From the NCBI GenBank assembly GCA_963745025.1, contig CAVUWD010000002.1, positions 214,736-278,735 on the forward strand: DNA of 64,000 nt. The letters are read 5' to 3'. Origin of the DNA: an uncultured delta proteobacterium. GTDB taxonomy: Bacteria > Desulfobacterota > Binatia > JACPRU01. Below the pieces are notes generated by a model. That model was given only the letters and a program-made list of their open reading frames with translations. It made no database searches and was not told the origin of the DNA. The position numbers were made by a program, and so were the translations under genes. Positions 48,533-61,441 of the stretch are shown in pieces (the first letter of the stretch is position 1; each line of letters begins with the position of its first letter).

Positions 48533-49281
48533 TGGTTCTCGGTTTCGTCGGTTGGATCGTCGTGCTCGCTCTGATCTTCCTGTGGATGGCCGTCAACATC
48601 GTGAACGAGTACCAGCGCGTGGTCGTCTTCCGCCTTGGCCGCCTAGTTGCGGCGCGCGGGCCCGGCCTCGTGCTGATCATCCCGATCATCGAGCGTGCCG
48701 TGCGCATGGACCTTCGTGTAGTGACTCTCGACGTGCCGCCCCAGGACGTGATCACTCGCGACAACGTTTCGGTGAAAGTGAACGCCGTCGTCTATTTTCG
48801 CGTGATCGATCCCAACAAGGCGCTCGTCAACGTCGAGAACTTCATGTTCGCGACCTCGCAGCTTTCGCAGACCACACTGCGAAGCGTCTGCGGCCAGGCC
48901 GAGCTCGACGAGCTGCTTGCCGAGCGCGATCGCATCAACGAGAAGATCCAGACGATCCTCGACGCCGACACCGATCCCTGGGGCATCAAGGTGACCAAGG
49001 TCGAGGTCAAGCAGATCGACCTGCCGCAAGAGATGCAGCGGGCGATTGCCAAGCAGGCGGAAGCCGAGCGCGAACGGCGCGCCAAGGTGATCAACGCCGA
49101 GGGCGAGGCGCAGGCGGCGCAGAAGCTCGCCGAGGCAGCCGTGATCCTCAACCGGGAGCCCGCGGCGTTGACCCTCCGCTACCTGCAGACGCTGCGCGAG
49201 ATCGCCACCGAGAAGAATTCGACGACTTTGTTCCCGGTGCCGATCGACCTGCTCCGGGCGTTTCTGCCGAAGCCCGAATGA
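48532..49281 (+). CDS. Slipin / SPFH (stomatin-like) protein
   Basis: [33 protein letters not shown]. Confidence 0.95.
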   Translation: MVLGFVGWIVVLALIFLWMAVNIVNEYQRVVVFRLGRLVAARGPGLVLIIPIIERAVRMDLRVVTLDVPPQDVITRDNVSVKVNAVVYFRVIDPNKALVNVENFMFATSQLSQTTLRSVCGQAELDELLAERDRINEKIQTILDADTDPWGIKVTKVEVKQIDLPQEMQRAIAKQAEAERERRAKVINAEGEAQAAQKLAEAAVILNREPAALTLRYLQTLREIATEKNSTTLFPVPIDLLRAFLPKPE

Positions 49282-49487
49282 TCGCGTTCGGGCTGAGCCT
49301 ACCGGTCATCCCGCAAGTGCCGGCGAAAACGGCGGACCGGGAGAGGCGGGCGGCGCCGAGAATCCTGGCGATCGCCCGCGCGACCGACCCGCTCGGTGAT
49401 CGCCACGTGACCTGCTCCGACCATGTGCTCGTCGCCGCGTCGCCGGCGCGACCGAGCGGATCGGCACGCTCTAGCCGTCAGCTCTAG
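49278..49487 (+). pseudogene. Truncated LLM-class (luciferase-like) oxidoreductase N-terminus
   Basis: MIAFGLSLP...IARATDPLG...VTCSDHV then breaks off; ATG overlaps the slipin stop. Confidence 0.65.
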
Positions 49488-49496
49488 CCGTCGGAT

Positions 49497-49526
49497 TTGA
49501 CAGCCCCTCTGCCGGGAGCGTAGTTT
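49497..49526 (+). promoter_or_regulatory. Putative sigma-70 promoter
   Basis: TTGACA-N18-TAGTTT upstream of the ORF at 49558. Confidence 0.5.
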
Positions 49527-49557
49527 TAACCCTTGGTGGGGAGCATCCGGTAGGCTC

Positions 49558-49890
49558 ATGCGGATCGAAACGGATCAGAAGCTGTTTCTCGGTCTCAAGC
49601 TCGGTTCCGAGATGCGCCGGCAGTACGCCGAGGGCAAGCTCTCCCATCGGCCGGCATTCAAGGCGGGCGACCCTGCACACCTCGAGCTCGTCGAGGTAAA
49701 GGGCGACCTCTTCATCGGCCGGATCCTGGACCCCGGCCTCGCGCTCGACGAGGTGGCCGACCTCGAGCGCAACATCAAGAGCATCGTTGCCGTTACGTTC
49801 TCGGTGTCGAAGCCCGCCGGGCCGCTGCGGATCTTCCCGGTCGAGCGCGAGGACGTGAACACGGGCCTGGCGGCAGCCGCGAATAGCTAG
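49558..49890 (+). CDS. Hypothetical protein
   Basis: 110-aa ORF with GC3-biased codons, upstream promoter and GGGGAG. Confidence 0.75.
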   Translation: MRIETDQKLFLGLKLGSEMRRQYAEGKLSHRPAFKAGDPAHLELVEVKGDLFIGRILDPGLALDEVADLERNIKSIVAVTFSVSKPAGPLRIFPVEREDVNTGLAAAANS

Positions 49891-49913
49891 CTTCGCGGCT
49901 CGAGGCTATCCTC

Positions 49914-51182
49914 CTATCCTCCTCCGAGCGGCGTGACGGCGACCTCGGGCGTGGTCAAGAGCACGCCCGCGGCCGTTGTCACCTCTGGTCCGGCCGTCGA
50001 GTCGAGGACCATGGCGTTGACCGAGAGGTCCTGCTCCCCGGTTTCGAGACGGTTGATGCCCGCGAGCGTGAATCCAAAGGACGGCTTGCCGCGCGCGGGG
50101 TCGACCGACTCGTCGAGATAGAGCCGCTGGTCGAGGCGTTGCAACGAGCCACCGAGGCGCACCGCGAGCAAGAAGCTCTGACCGCTCGGTAGCAGAAGCG
50201 CGGACCAGCGGACCGGGCGGCTCGCGAACTGCCGCTTCGCCTCCGTCATCTGACCGCCGATCGGCTCGGCGAGTAGGCCGTCGGGCCCCAGTACCTGCCC
50301 GCCGGCGAAATCGCGAAAATCGAAAAAGGCTCTCAGGCGGCCGTCGGCGGGAACCAGACGCGGCGGAATCCTGATGTTCACTTCCGCCCGTGCTTCGACG
50401 AAGTCGCGATAGAAGAGCAGCTCCACCCGACCGCGGGCTTTGAAGCCGAGCGGCAGGCCTATCCAGTACTTCGCCGAGCGAATCGCGCGCACGGGTCCGC
50501 CGCGATAGCCCTGGATCGTGTACTTCAGGTCCTTCTCGGTACGCTGGAAGTGAAACAAGCCGGCTAAGATCCGCACCTCGCCGTCGGCGCGGACCGCCTT
50601 CAAGACGTTGTCGGGGCTCTCGCCCTGATGGTGGACGAGCGCAAGATAGGTGGGCAGCGGCGAGCCGAAGCGGACGGTATAGCGATCGGCATATACCGCA
50701 TCTTTCGCTGGATCGTAGCGAGCGTAGGCCGGCTGATCCGAGGGAATCGCGGGTGGGGAGTCGAATGCGCCCAAATAGGCATATCCGAGTGGCTTGTCGT
50801 TGGAGCCGACGCGGACCTCGATCCACGTCGAAGCGCCGTGTGGGAGCTTCGCTGGGTCCCCCTTCTCACCGAGGTCGCGGTTCATGAACACCACCACGTC
50901 GTTCTCGTCGAATACACCCGGGCTCTCGTCGCGCACCGGTTGCGGACCCTGATCGTCTGCCCAGTGATTGCGGTGGTCACGTTCGTCTACTTGGAACGGG
51001 ATCGGCACCGCCGCCGCGTCGCGGAAGGCGTAGACTCGAAACGAGGCGTTCGCTCGCTGGAGCAGCAGTGTCGCGTCTTTGCCCGCGACTTCGCTGGCGC
51101 CGACCGCAGGCGCGCTCTCGCTCCGCGCGACGGCCGGCGCCAGTGCGCAGAGCAGGATCAACCCGCTACAGATCGTTCGCAT
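49914..51182 (-). CDS. Secreted hypothetical protein
   Basis: Signal peptide MRTICSGLILLCALAPAVA; PIPFQVDE and GPVRAIR; beta-rich. Confidence 0.7.
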   Translation of the reverse strand: MRTICSGLILLCALAPAVARSESAPAVGASEVAGKDATLLLQRANASFRVYAFRDAAAVPIPFQVDERDHRNHWADDQGPQPVRDESPGVFDENDVVVFMNRDLGEKGDPAKLPHGASTWIEVRVGSNDKPLGYAYLGAFDSPPAIPSDQPAYARYDPAKDAVYADRYTVRFGSPLPTYLALVHHQGESPDNVLKAVRADGEVRILAGLFHFQRTEKDLKYTIQGYRGGPVRAIRSAKYWIGLPLGFKARGRVELLFYRDFVEARAEVNIRIPPRLVPADGRLRAFFDFRDFAGGQVLGPDGLLAEPIGGQMTEAKRQFASRPVRWSALLLPSGQSFLLAVRLGGSLQRLDQRLYLDESVDPARGKPSFGFTLAGINRLETGEQDLSVNAMVLDSTAGPEVTTAAGVLLTTPEVAVTPLGGG

Positions 51183-51262
51183 CGAGCGGGCGCGCGTGGC
51201 GATCGCGGGCGCTTGACTTGAACGCCGGGGAGGCGATTTGCTTTCGTTGTCGGAGGCGTTCA

Positions 51263-52447
51263 ATGGATTTCAATTACACGCCAGAAGAAGAAAAGTTTCG
51301 CAAGCAGGTGCGGATCTGGCTCGACAAGAATCGTCCTCGCGGCGCTGATAGGCTCGCACGTAGCAGCAGGTCGATGGCCGACGACGAGGAATGGAGCCGC
51401 CTGGTCGCCTGGCACCGCAAGCTCTACGCTGGCGGATGGGTTGGCCTTTCCTGGCCGAAAGAGTACGGCGGGCGCGGCGCGACTCTAATGGAGCAGATCA
51501 TCTTCAACCAGGAGCTCGGCAGGCGAACGCTTGCCTCGGGCTGCAACGTGCTCGGCGTGATGATGGCCGGGCCGGCGATCATGCACTGGGGGACCGAGGA
51601 GCAGAAGCAGCGGCATTTGCAAAGGATCCTCGCCGGCGACGAGATCTGGTGCGAGGGCCTTTCGGAGCCCGGATCCGGGTCCGATCTGGCCTCGCTCCAG
51701 TGTCGCGCCGTGCCCGACGGCGACGATTTCCTGGTCAACGGTCAGAAGGTGTGGACGACGCTGGCGCACCGCTCGGGTTGGATTCAGCTCTTCGTCCGAA
51801 CCGACGGCGAGGCCTCGAAGCACAAGGGCCTCTCTTGCCTGCTCGTCGACATGAAGAGCCCGGGAATCACCGTTCAGCCGCTACGGCAGATCACGGGTGA
51901 CTCCGAATTCAACGAGATCTTCTTCGAGGACGTACGCGTGCCGAAGGCCAATCTACTCGGGCCACTGAACTCCGGCTGGCAGGTGCTGATCACCACGCTG
52001 ATGCACGAGCGCGCAGGCATCAGCGAGCTCGGTTCGGAGCAGATCATCGACCATCTGATCGAGCTCGCTCGCAAGACGCGACGGGGCGGCCAGCCGGCGA
52101 CGAAGGATAGTTACGTTCGCCAGCAGCTCGCCCAATTTGCGATCGAGGTGCAAGCGCGGAAGCTCAACGGGCTGCGTAGCCTGACCAAGCGCTTGAAGGG
52201 CTCGCCGCCTGGCCCCGAGGGTTCGATCGGCAAGCTCTCCGCGACCGAGCTGACCAAGCGCATGACCAAGTTCGCGGTGGAGCTCGCGGGTCCGCAAGCG
52301 CTCGTCGAGGGTGATTCACCCTTCGCGCTCGACCGCGGCCGCTGGCTGACGAGCATCCTGCACTCGCCGTCGCTGACGATCGCTGGCGGCACCTCCGAAG
52401 TGAACCGAAACATCGTCGGTGAGCGGATCCTCGGCTTGCCGAAATAG
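51263..52447 (+). CDS. Acyl-CoA dehydrogenase (FadE26-FadE34-like)
   Basis: WPKEYGG, SEPGSGSDLA, NGQKVWT, FNEIFF, TIAGGTSE. Confidence 0.94.
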   Translation: MDFNYTPEEEKFRKQVRIWLDKNRPRGADRLARSSRSMADDEEWSRLVAWHRKLYAGGWVGLSWPKEYGGRGATLMEQIIFNQELGRRTLASGCNVLGVMMAGPAIMHWGTEEQKQRHLQRILAGDEIWCEGLSEPGSGSDLASLQCRAVPDGDDFLVNGQKVWTTLAHRSGWIQLFVRTDGEASKHKGLSCLLVDMKSPGITVQPLRQITGDSEFNEIFFEDVRVPKANLLGPLNSGWQVLITTLMHERAGISELGSEQIIDHLIELARKTRRGGQPATKDSYVRQQLAQFAIEVQARKLNGLRSLTKRLKGSPPGPEGSIGKLSATELTKRMTKFAVELAGPQALVEGDSPFALDRGRWLTSILHSPSLTIAGGTSEVNRNIVGERILGLPK

Positions 52448-52490
52448 GCGTGTTGCGTGAGGAGCCGCCCTCGGCGGGAAGGAGGCCACC

Positions 52491-53324
52491 ATGCCCGTCA
52501 ATCTGAGCGTCATCGGCAAGCAGCTCGCCTCTTCGGTGTACGAGTATTCGGAAAGGGACGTCATCCTGTACGCGCTCGGCGTCGGTTGCGGGCCGGAGGA
52601 TCTCGAGTTCGTATACGAGCAGGACCTGAAAGTGCTGCCCACCTTCGCCGTGATTCCGGCCTTCCCCGCGCTCTTCGCCATGGGCAGCGCGATGGACGTG
52701 AATCCGCTAATGGTGTTGCACGGTGAGCAGCGGATCGAGCTCCACGGCGCCATCCCGACGTCGGGCAGGCTGACGACGACGCCGACCGTCACGGCGATCT
52801 ACGACAAGGGAAAGGGAGCACTGGTCGTCACCGAGACCGAAACGGCGGACGCGAAGGGCACGCTCCTCTTCAAGAACGTGTTCGGTGCGTTTGCCCGTGG
52901 CGAGGGCGGCTTCGGTGGTGATCGCGGCCCGTCCGGCTCGCGCAACGCGCCGCCGGAGCGCAAGCCCGACGCGGTCGTCGAGATGAAGACCCTGCCGCAG
53001 CAGGCGCTTCTCTACCGGCTCTCGGGCGACATGAACCCTCTGCACGCCGATCCGAACTTCGCCAAGATCGGTGGATTCGACAAGCCGATCCTCCACGGGC
53101 TCTGCACGTTCGGGCACGTCGGCCGGGCGCTGCTCAAGAGCTTTTGCGGGAACGAGCCGAGCCACCTCAAGGACTTCGAGGCACGGTTCGCCGGCGTCGT
53201 TTACCCGGGCGAGACGATCGTCACGGAGATGTGGGACGCGAAGGGCGGCAAGATCCTCGTCCAAGCCCGCACGAAGGAGCGCGGCGAGCCGGTGATCAAC
53301 AGCGCGGCGGCCACTGTGGGGTGA
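52491..53324 (+). CDS. MaoC-type double hot-dog enoyl-CoA hydratase 2
   Basis: LYALG, LHGEQ, YRLSGDMNPLH, PILHGLC. Confidence 0.93.
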   Translation: MPVNLSVIGKQLASSVYEYSERDVILYALGVGCGPEDLEFVYEQDLKVLPTFAVIPAFPALFAMGSAMDVNPLMVLHGEQRIELHGAIPTSGRLTTTPTVTAIYDKGKGALVVTETETADAKGTLLFKNVFGAFARGEGGFGGDRGPSGSRNAPPERKPDAVVEMKTLPQQALLYRLSGDMNPLHADPNFAKIGGFDKPILHGLCTFGHVGRALLKSFCGNEPSHLKDFEARFAGVVYPGETIVTEMWDAKGGKILVQARTKERGEPVINSAAATVG

Positions 53325-53332
53325 AGACAGAC

Positions 53333-53514
53333 GGCTACAGGCTACAGGCTACAGGCTACAGGCTACAGGCTACAGGCTACAGGCTACAGGCTACAGGCTA
53401 CAGGCTACAGGCTACAGGCTACAGGCTACAGGCTACAGGCTACAGGCTACAGGCTACAGGCTACAGGCAAAGCCTTCGCTAAGTCTTTTGCGGTAGCCGG
53501 AAGCCGGTAGCCTG
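53333..53514. repeat. 19 perfect GGCTACA units forming the left arm of family A copy 5
   Basis: 53333-53465 = 133 bp = 19x7; then caaag...cttttg spacer and right arm cggtag ccggaag ccggtag cctg. Confidence 0.95.
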
Positions 53515-53518
53515 CTTG

Positions 53519-55195
53519 TCACTGCGCCACGATCTCGTACTGGCCGAATCGGAACGTCTCCTGCGCCTTGATGATGATTCGCCTGGCGATCGCCTTCTCG
53601 ATCTGATCGAGCACGCGGCTTTCCGAGTCGGAGAGGAATGCTGCCACCGCGGGGCTCGTCTTGACCAGCACGCGTGAGGTTTCGGCAGGAAACGCGGAGG
53701 CGTGCTGCACCCTTCTCAGAATCTCGTAGGACACGGTCGCGGCAGATTTCGCATGTCCGGTGCCCTCGCAGTGCGGACACGGCGAGCAGAGGAGTTGCTC
53801 GAGGCTCTCTCGCGATCGTTTGCGCGTCATCTCGACGAGCCCGAGCTCCGAGATCTTGAGAATCTTGGTCTGCGCCTTGTCCTTCTGGCGGACGGCTTCC
53901 TGAAGCGTCTCGTAAACGCGGTGGCGATCGGCGGCCTTCTCCATGTCGATGAAGTCGATGATGATGAGACCGCCGATGTTGCGCAGCCGAAGCTGCCGCA
54001 CCACCTCCTCGGCCGCCTCGAGGTTGGTGCGGAGAATGGTCTCGTCCTGATTTTTTTTGCCGACGTAGCGGCCGGTGTTGACGTCCACGGCGGTGAGCGC
54101 CTCCGTGCGCTCGATCACCAAGTAGCCGCCGGACTTGAGCCAGACCTTGCGTTCGAGGGCTTTGTCGATCTGTGCCTCGATCGCGAAGTGTGCGAAGATC
54201 GGCTCGGCGTCTTCGTAAAGTGCGATTCGCCCCTTCAGTCGTGGCGCCAGCGTCTCGACCAACTCAAGAATCCGCTGATGCTCGTGGGGCGAGTCCACCC
54301 ACATGCGGCCCACTTCCGGCGTCAGCAGGTCGCGGACCGTGCGCTGCACCTGATCCAGGTCGTAGTAGAGCATGGCGGGTGCCACCGCCGATTCGCTTTT
54401 GCGAGCGATGCGGTCCCACTGCCGAGTCAGAAAATTGATGTCGGCCTGGATCTCGCGCTTGGACAATCCCTCGCAGACGGTACGCACGATGAAGCCGCCT
54501 CCCTCGGGCGGGCGCAGGCTCATCACCAAATCCTTCAGCCGCTTGCGTTCTTGCTCCTCGGCGATCCGCCGCGAGACGCCGATGTGGTTCGTCGTCGGCA
54601 TGAAGACGAGGTAGCGGCCGGCGAGGCTGATGTAGGAGGTGACCCGCGAGCCCTTCGTACCCATCGGCTCCTTGGACACCTGAACGAGAATCTCCTGGCC
54701 GCGAGAGAGCTTCGTCTCGAGCGGGGCGCCCGTTGCGCGGCGGCGCGGACGGGGCCCCACGGCCGACGCTTCGGCGGTCGCTTCGTCGCCCTGCACGGGC
54801 GCGGCATCACCACCCCCCGCCTCGTCCTCCGATTCGCCGTTGACCGAATCCACGGAAAACTCCTCCGCGGCTGCGTCCGTCTCGGTCTCCGCTCCTCCAA
54901 TCTCGTCGCCGGCAGGGGACGCCTCCTCGCTCGGCGATGCGGAGACCAAGGACGCTAGCTCGGTGATCTCGTGGAGGAAGTCCGAGGCGTGGAGGAAGGC
55001 AGCCTTCTCGAAGCCGATGTCGACGAAGGCCGCCTGCATGCCAGGTAACACCCGCTGAACTCTCGCCTTATAGATGTTGCCGACGATTCCGCGGCTGCGT
55101 AGGCGCTCGATGTAGATCTCGGCGAGCTCGCCTGCTTCCAGGATCGCGACACGGGTCTCCTGGGGGGTACAGTTGAGAACGATTTGCTTTTTCAC
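53519..55195 (-). CDS. rng: Rne/Rng family ribonuclease (RNase G-like)
   Basis: GNIYKA..RVLPGMQAAFVDIG, DVNTG, IIIDFIDM, CPHCEG; acidic insert in the S1 domain. Confidence 0.92.
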   Translation of the reverse strand: MKKQIVLNCTPQETRVAILEAGELAEIYIERLRSRGIVGNIYKARVQRVLPGMQAAFVDIGFEKAAFLHASDFLHEITELASLVSASPSEEASPAGDEIGGAETETDAAAEEFSVDSVNGESEDEAGGGDAAPVQGDEATAEASAVGPRPRRRATGAPLETKLSRGQEILVQVSKEPMGTKGSRVTSYISLAGRYLVFMPTTNHIGVSRRIAEEQERKRLKDLVMSLRPPEGGGFIVRTVCEGLSKREIQADINFLTRQWDRIARKSESAVAPAMLYYDLDQVQRTVRDLLTPEVGRMWVDSPHEHQRILELVETLAPRLKGRIALYEDAEPIFAHFAIEAQIDKALERKVWLKSGGYLVIERTEALTAVDVNTGRYVGKKNQDETILRTNLEAAEEVVRQLRLRNIGGLIIIDFIDMEKAADRHRVYETLQEAVRQKDKAQTKILKISELGLVEMTRKRSRESLEQLLCSPCPHCEGTGHAKSAATVSYEILRRVQHASAFPAETSRVLVKTSPAVAAFLSDSESRVLDQIEKAIARRIIIKAQETFRFGQYEIVAQ

Positions 55196-55325
55196 GTGGT
55201 TGCGCCGTCGATGGGGAGGCGGCAAATCAATCAACGGCAAGCTCTAGTGAGCACGCAAGTATAGAGACGACCGACGTAGAGCGCAACGTCCCGGGCGGCG
55301 CTTCAGGCACCCCCGGGACGGCGCC

Positions 55326-55354
55326 TTGACTTCCTGACGACCCCCCGTTAGCGT
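55326..55354 (+). promoter_or_regulatory. Putative sigma-70 promoter of the HNH gene
   Basis: TTGACT-N17-TAGCGT, followed by GGAGG at 55376. Confidence 0.55.
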
Positions 55355-55385
55355 CACGCAAAATGCTGATTCTGCGGAGGTTTCC

Positions 55386-56000
55386 TTCGAAACAGCGAGT
55401 GCACTAAACACCAAGGTCCTGGTTCTCAACCGGGCCTACTTGCCGATCCACATCACGTCGGTGCGGCGCGCGTGCTCGCTTCTTTATCAGGGCATCGCGC
55501 GGGCGGTGAACGAGCAGTACCAGACTTTCGACTTCGAGAGCTGGTCAGCGCTGTCGGCTTCGGTGAATGGCGATACGATCGGTCTCGTCAACCGCGCGAT
55601 GCGGGCGCCGCGAGTGATCCTCCTCGTTGCCTACGATCGTGTGCCGAAGCGGCACGTGCGCTTCAGCCGTTTCAACGTCTACGCTCGCGACCGCAACACC
55701 TGCCAATACTGCGGCCGATCGTTTTCACGCGGTGACCTCAACCTCGACCATGTGATTCCACGCTCGCAGGGCGGAACGTCGACGTGGGAGAACGTCGTCT
55801 GCTCGTGTCTGCGCTGCAACCGTCACAAGGGTGGCCGCTCTCCCGACGAGGCGGGAATGAAGCTGCTTCGCCAGCCGCTCCGGCCAAACTGGACGCCGTT
55901 CGTGCTCGAGACGTGGAGTCTGCGCCGCCACCGCGAGTGGCTGCCGTTCCTGTCGACCGTGGATGCGGCGTATTGGAATACGGAGCTCGTGGAGCGCTAG
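55386..56000 (+). CDS. Stand-alone HNH endonuclease (start uncertain)
   Basis: VLVLNRAY, RDRNTCQYCG, LNLDHVIPRSQGG, WENVVCSCLRCNRHKG. Confidence 0.9.
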   Translation, partial: FETASALNTKVLVLNRAYLPIHITSVRRACSLLYQGIARAVNEQYQTFDFESWSALSASVNGDTIGLVNRAMRAPRVILLVAYDRVPKRHVRFSRFNVYARDRNTCQYCGRSFSRGDLNLDHVIPRSQGGTSTWENVVCSCLRCNRHKGGRSPDEAGMKLLRQPLRPNWTPFVLETWSLRRHREWLPFLSTVDAAYWNTELVER

Positions 56001-56101
56001 CTTGGTAGGCTGCCTGGCCGGAGCTGGTTCGCGACCAACGGGAGCGATCTGTGGCGCAGTCTCCCAGCTTGGTCGCACGCTCGGCCGGAGCTGGCTCCTA
56101 G
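55997..56101 (-). repeat. Family B cassette plus partial cassette, flanked by CTAG on both sides (locus 3)
   Basis: Reverse complement of 55998-56064 matches 15970-16037 with about 4 differences; CTAG at 55997 and 56098. Confidence 0.9.
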
Positions 56102-56184
56102 ATGTAGTGGTGGCGTAGCAATATCGCCACATTCTGTAGTGTTTTTGCCTTGACTCTCTCGGGGCCCTGTGTGAGAGTCGCCAC

Positions 56185-59772
<3,588 letters not shown>

Positions 59773-59826
59773 TCCGCCCACGAAGCGTCTTCCCTTCTCG
59801 CTCGCGGCAGTCTAAGGCCGTTCGCC

Positions 59827-60879
59827 ATGCAATCTTGGCCGGGTTCGGCACCGACGGTGGCGATCGTCGCCGCCCTTTTCGTCGCGGTGGTGGTGGCGAT
59901 CCTGCTCGTCGTCCTGCGTCGCCGCCAGCCGGCATCGACGATCGAGAAACGGCGCGAAGAAGCCGGGACGCCGCCGCCGTCGGCGCGGCTTCGCAGTGCG
60001 CTGGCGAAGACCCGCGAGGGCTTTCGTCAGCGACTCGCCGAAGTGTTCGGCCGGAGTCGCGAGCTCGACGGGATCCTCGCCTCGCTCGAGGAGGCGTTGC
60101 TGAGCGCCGACGTAGGGGTACGCACGACCACGCGGATCCTCCAAGCGGTTCGCGAGCAGTGCGGGGGGGAGCGCGAGCCCGCCGAAGCGACGGTTCGCGA
60201 GGCGCTGCGTCGGGCGATCGAGCAGGCGCTCGGCGAGGCGAGCCCGAAGGCTCATACGGCAAAGCCCTGGGTGATTCTCGTCTCCGGCGTCAACGGCGTG
60301 GGGAAGACGACGTCGATCGGCAAGCTTGCCGCACGCTTTCGTGCAGAAGGGGACGAGGTCCTACTCGTCGCGGCCGACACCTTCCGCGCCGCGGCGATCG
60401 ATCAGCTCTCCATCTGGGCCGAACGGGTGGGCGCGGACGTCGTACGGCATCAGAGCGGCGCGGATCCCGCGGCGGTCGCATTCGACGGCATGAAGGCTGC
60501 CGCCGCCCGCGGGGTCGACGTCGTGCTCGTCGATACTGCAGGGCGACTGCACACGCGTGAGAACCTGATGGAGGAGCTTCGCAAGGTAAGCCGGGTCATC
60601 GGTAAGGCGATTCCCGGGGCCCCGCACGAGGTTTGGCTCGTGCTCGATGCCACGACCGGCCAGAATGCCGTTCATCAGGCCAAGGTCTTCTCCGCAGCGC
60701 TCGGCTTGACCGGGATCGTGCTCACCAAGCTCGACGGGACCGCCAAAGGCGGGGCAGCGCTCGCCGTCCGCGAGGAGCTCGGCGTGCCAATCCTCTTTGT
60801 CGGATTCGGAGAGGGGATCGACGACGTGCGCCCCTTTTCGGCGACCGAGTTTGCCAGCGCCCTTCTCGGGCAGGAGTAG
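59827..60879 (+). CDS. ftsY: SRP receptor FtsY with N-terminal TM helix
   Basis: GVNGVGKTT, DTFRAAA, DTAGR, TKLDGTAKGG. Confidence 0.96.
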   Translation: MQSWPGSAPTVAIVAALFVAVVVAILLVVLRRRQPASTIEKRREEAGTPPPSARLRSALAKTREGFRQRLAEVFGRSRELDGILASLEEALLSADVGVRTTTRILQAVREQCGGEREPAEATVREALRRAIEQALGEASPKAHTAKPWVILVSGVNGVGKTTSIGKLAARFRAEGDEVLLVAADTFRAAAIDQLSIWAERVGADVVRHQSGADPAAVAFDGMKAAAARGVDVVLVDTAGRLHTRENLMEELRKVSRVIGKAIPGAPHEVWLVLDATTGQNAVHQAKVFSAALGLTGIVLTKLDGTAKGGAALAVREELGVPILFVGFGEGIDDVRPFSATEFASALLGQE

Positions 60880-61050
60880 GTAGGTTGCTTCGGTTTGTCT
60901 CACTCCGGCAGCTTCCGCTCTCAGGCTTGAGCAAACGACGCCGTGAAGCCTTTCCTGAATCCTGGACCCGACTTGCTGGTGCCGCTAGCTTTACAGGATT
61001 CGCTCCGCATGTTAATCAAGGCCGCTTAAAGAAGAGAAAACGGAGGAAGA

Positions 61051-61320
61051 ATGGAAGTAGCGCAAGGGCGCACCCAAGAAATCGTTGGTCAATACCGGCT
61101 ACACTCGTCGGATACGGGTTCGCCTGAAGTACAGGTCGCGCTACTGAGTGCACGGATCGGGCATCTCACCGAGCACTTCAAGACTCACGTCAAGGATCAT
61201 CATTCCCGCCGGGGGCTGCTCAAGCTCGTCGGTCAGCGCCGTCGCCTCCTCGATTACCTTCGTCGGCGCGACTTCAATCGATACAAGGGCTTGATCGAGC
61301 GGTTGGGGCTCCGCAAGTAG
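61051..61320 (+). CDS. rpsO: 30S ribosomal protein S15
   Basis: [22 protein letters not shown]. Confidence 0.98.
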   Translation: MEVAQGRTQEIVGQYRLHSSDTGSPEVQVALLSARIGHLTEHFKTHVKDHHSRRGLLKLVGQRRRLLDYLRRRDFNRYKGLIERLGLRK

Positions 61321-61371
61321 CCCGCCTGGGGCGGAGCAGTCTTCCAGCTCCTCCCTCTCAGTTTTCTTTTC
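61321..61371 (+). terminator. Possible intrinsic terminator or processing hairpin between rpsO and pnp
   Basis: GC hairpins (ccgcc...ggcgg; ggagc...gctcc) followed by a T-rich tract. Confidence 0.35.
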
Positions 61372-61441
61372 GCAAAAAATTTGAAGCGGCGCGCGCTCGC
61401 GCTCGGCATGGGCCCGTGGCGAAGCCAAACAGGAGTTGTGT

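Noticed and set aside
53144-53482. ORF with (YRLQATG)n peptide repeat
   Set aside because: Read-through of the 7-mer DNA repeat in a shadow frame of the MaoC gene; no independent start signal.
55440-56000. HNH as IscB/Cas9-like or homing element
   Set aside because: Only ~200 aa, no RuvC or PLMP motifs, no room for a large flanking ncRNA, and not inside an intron.
60880-61050. rpsO leader regulatory RNA
   Set aside because: Plausible by position, but I could not identify a supportable structure by eye.
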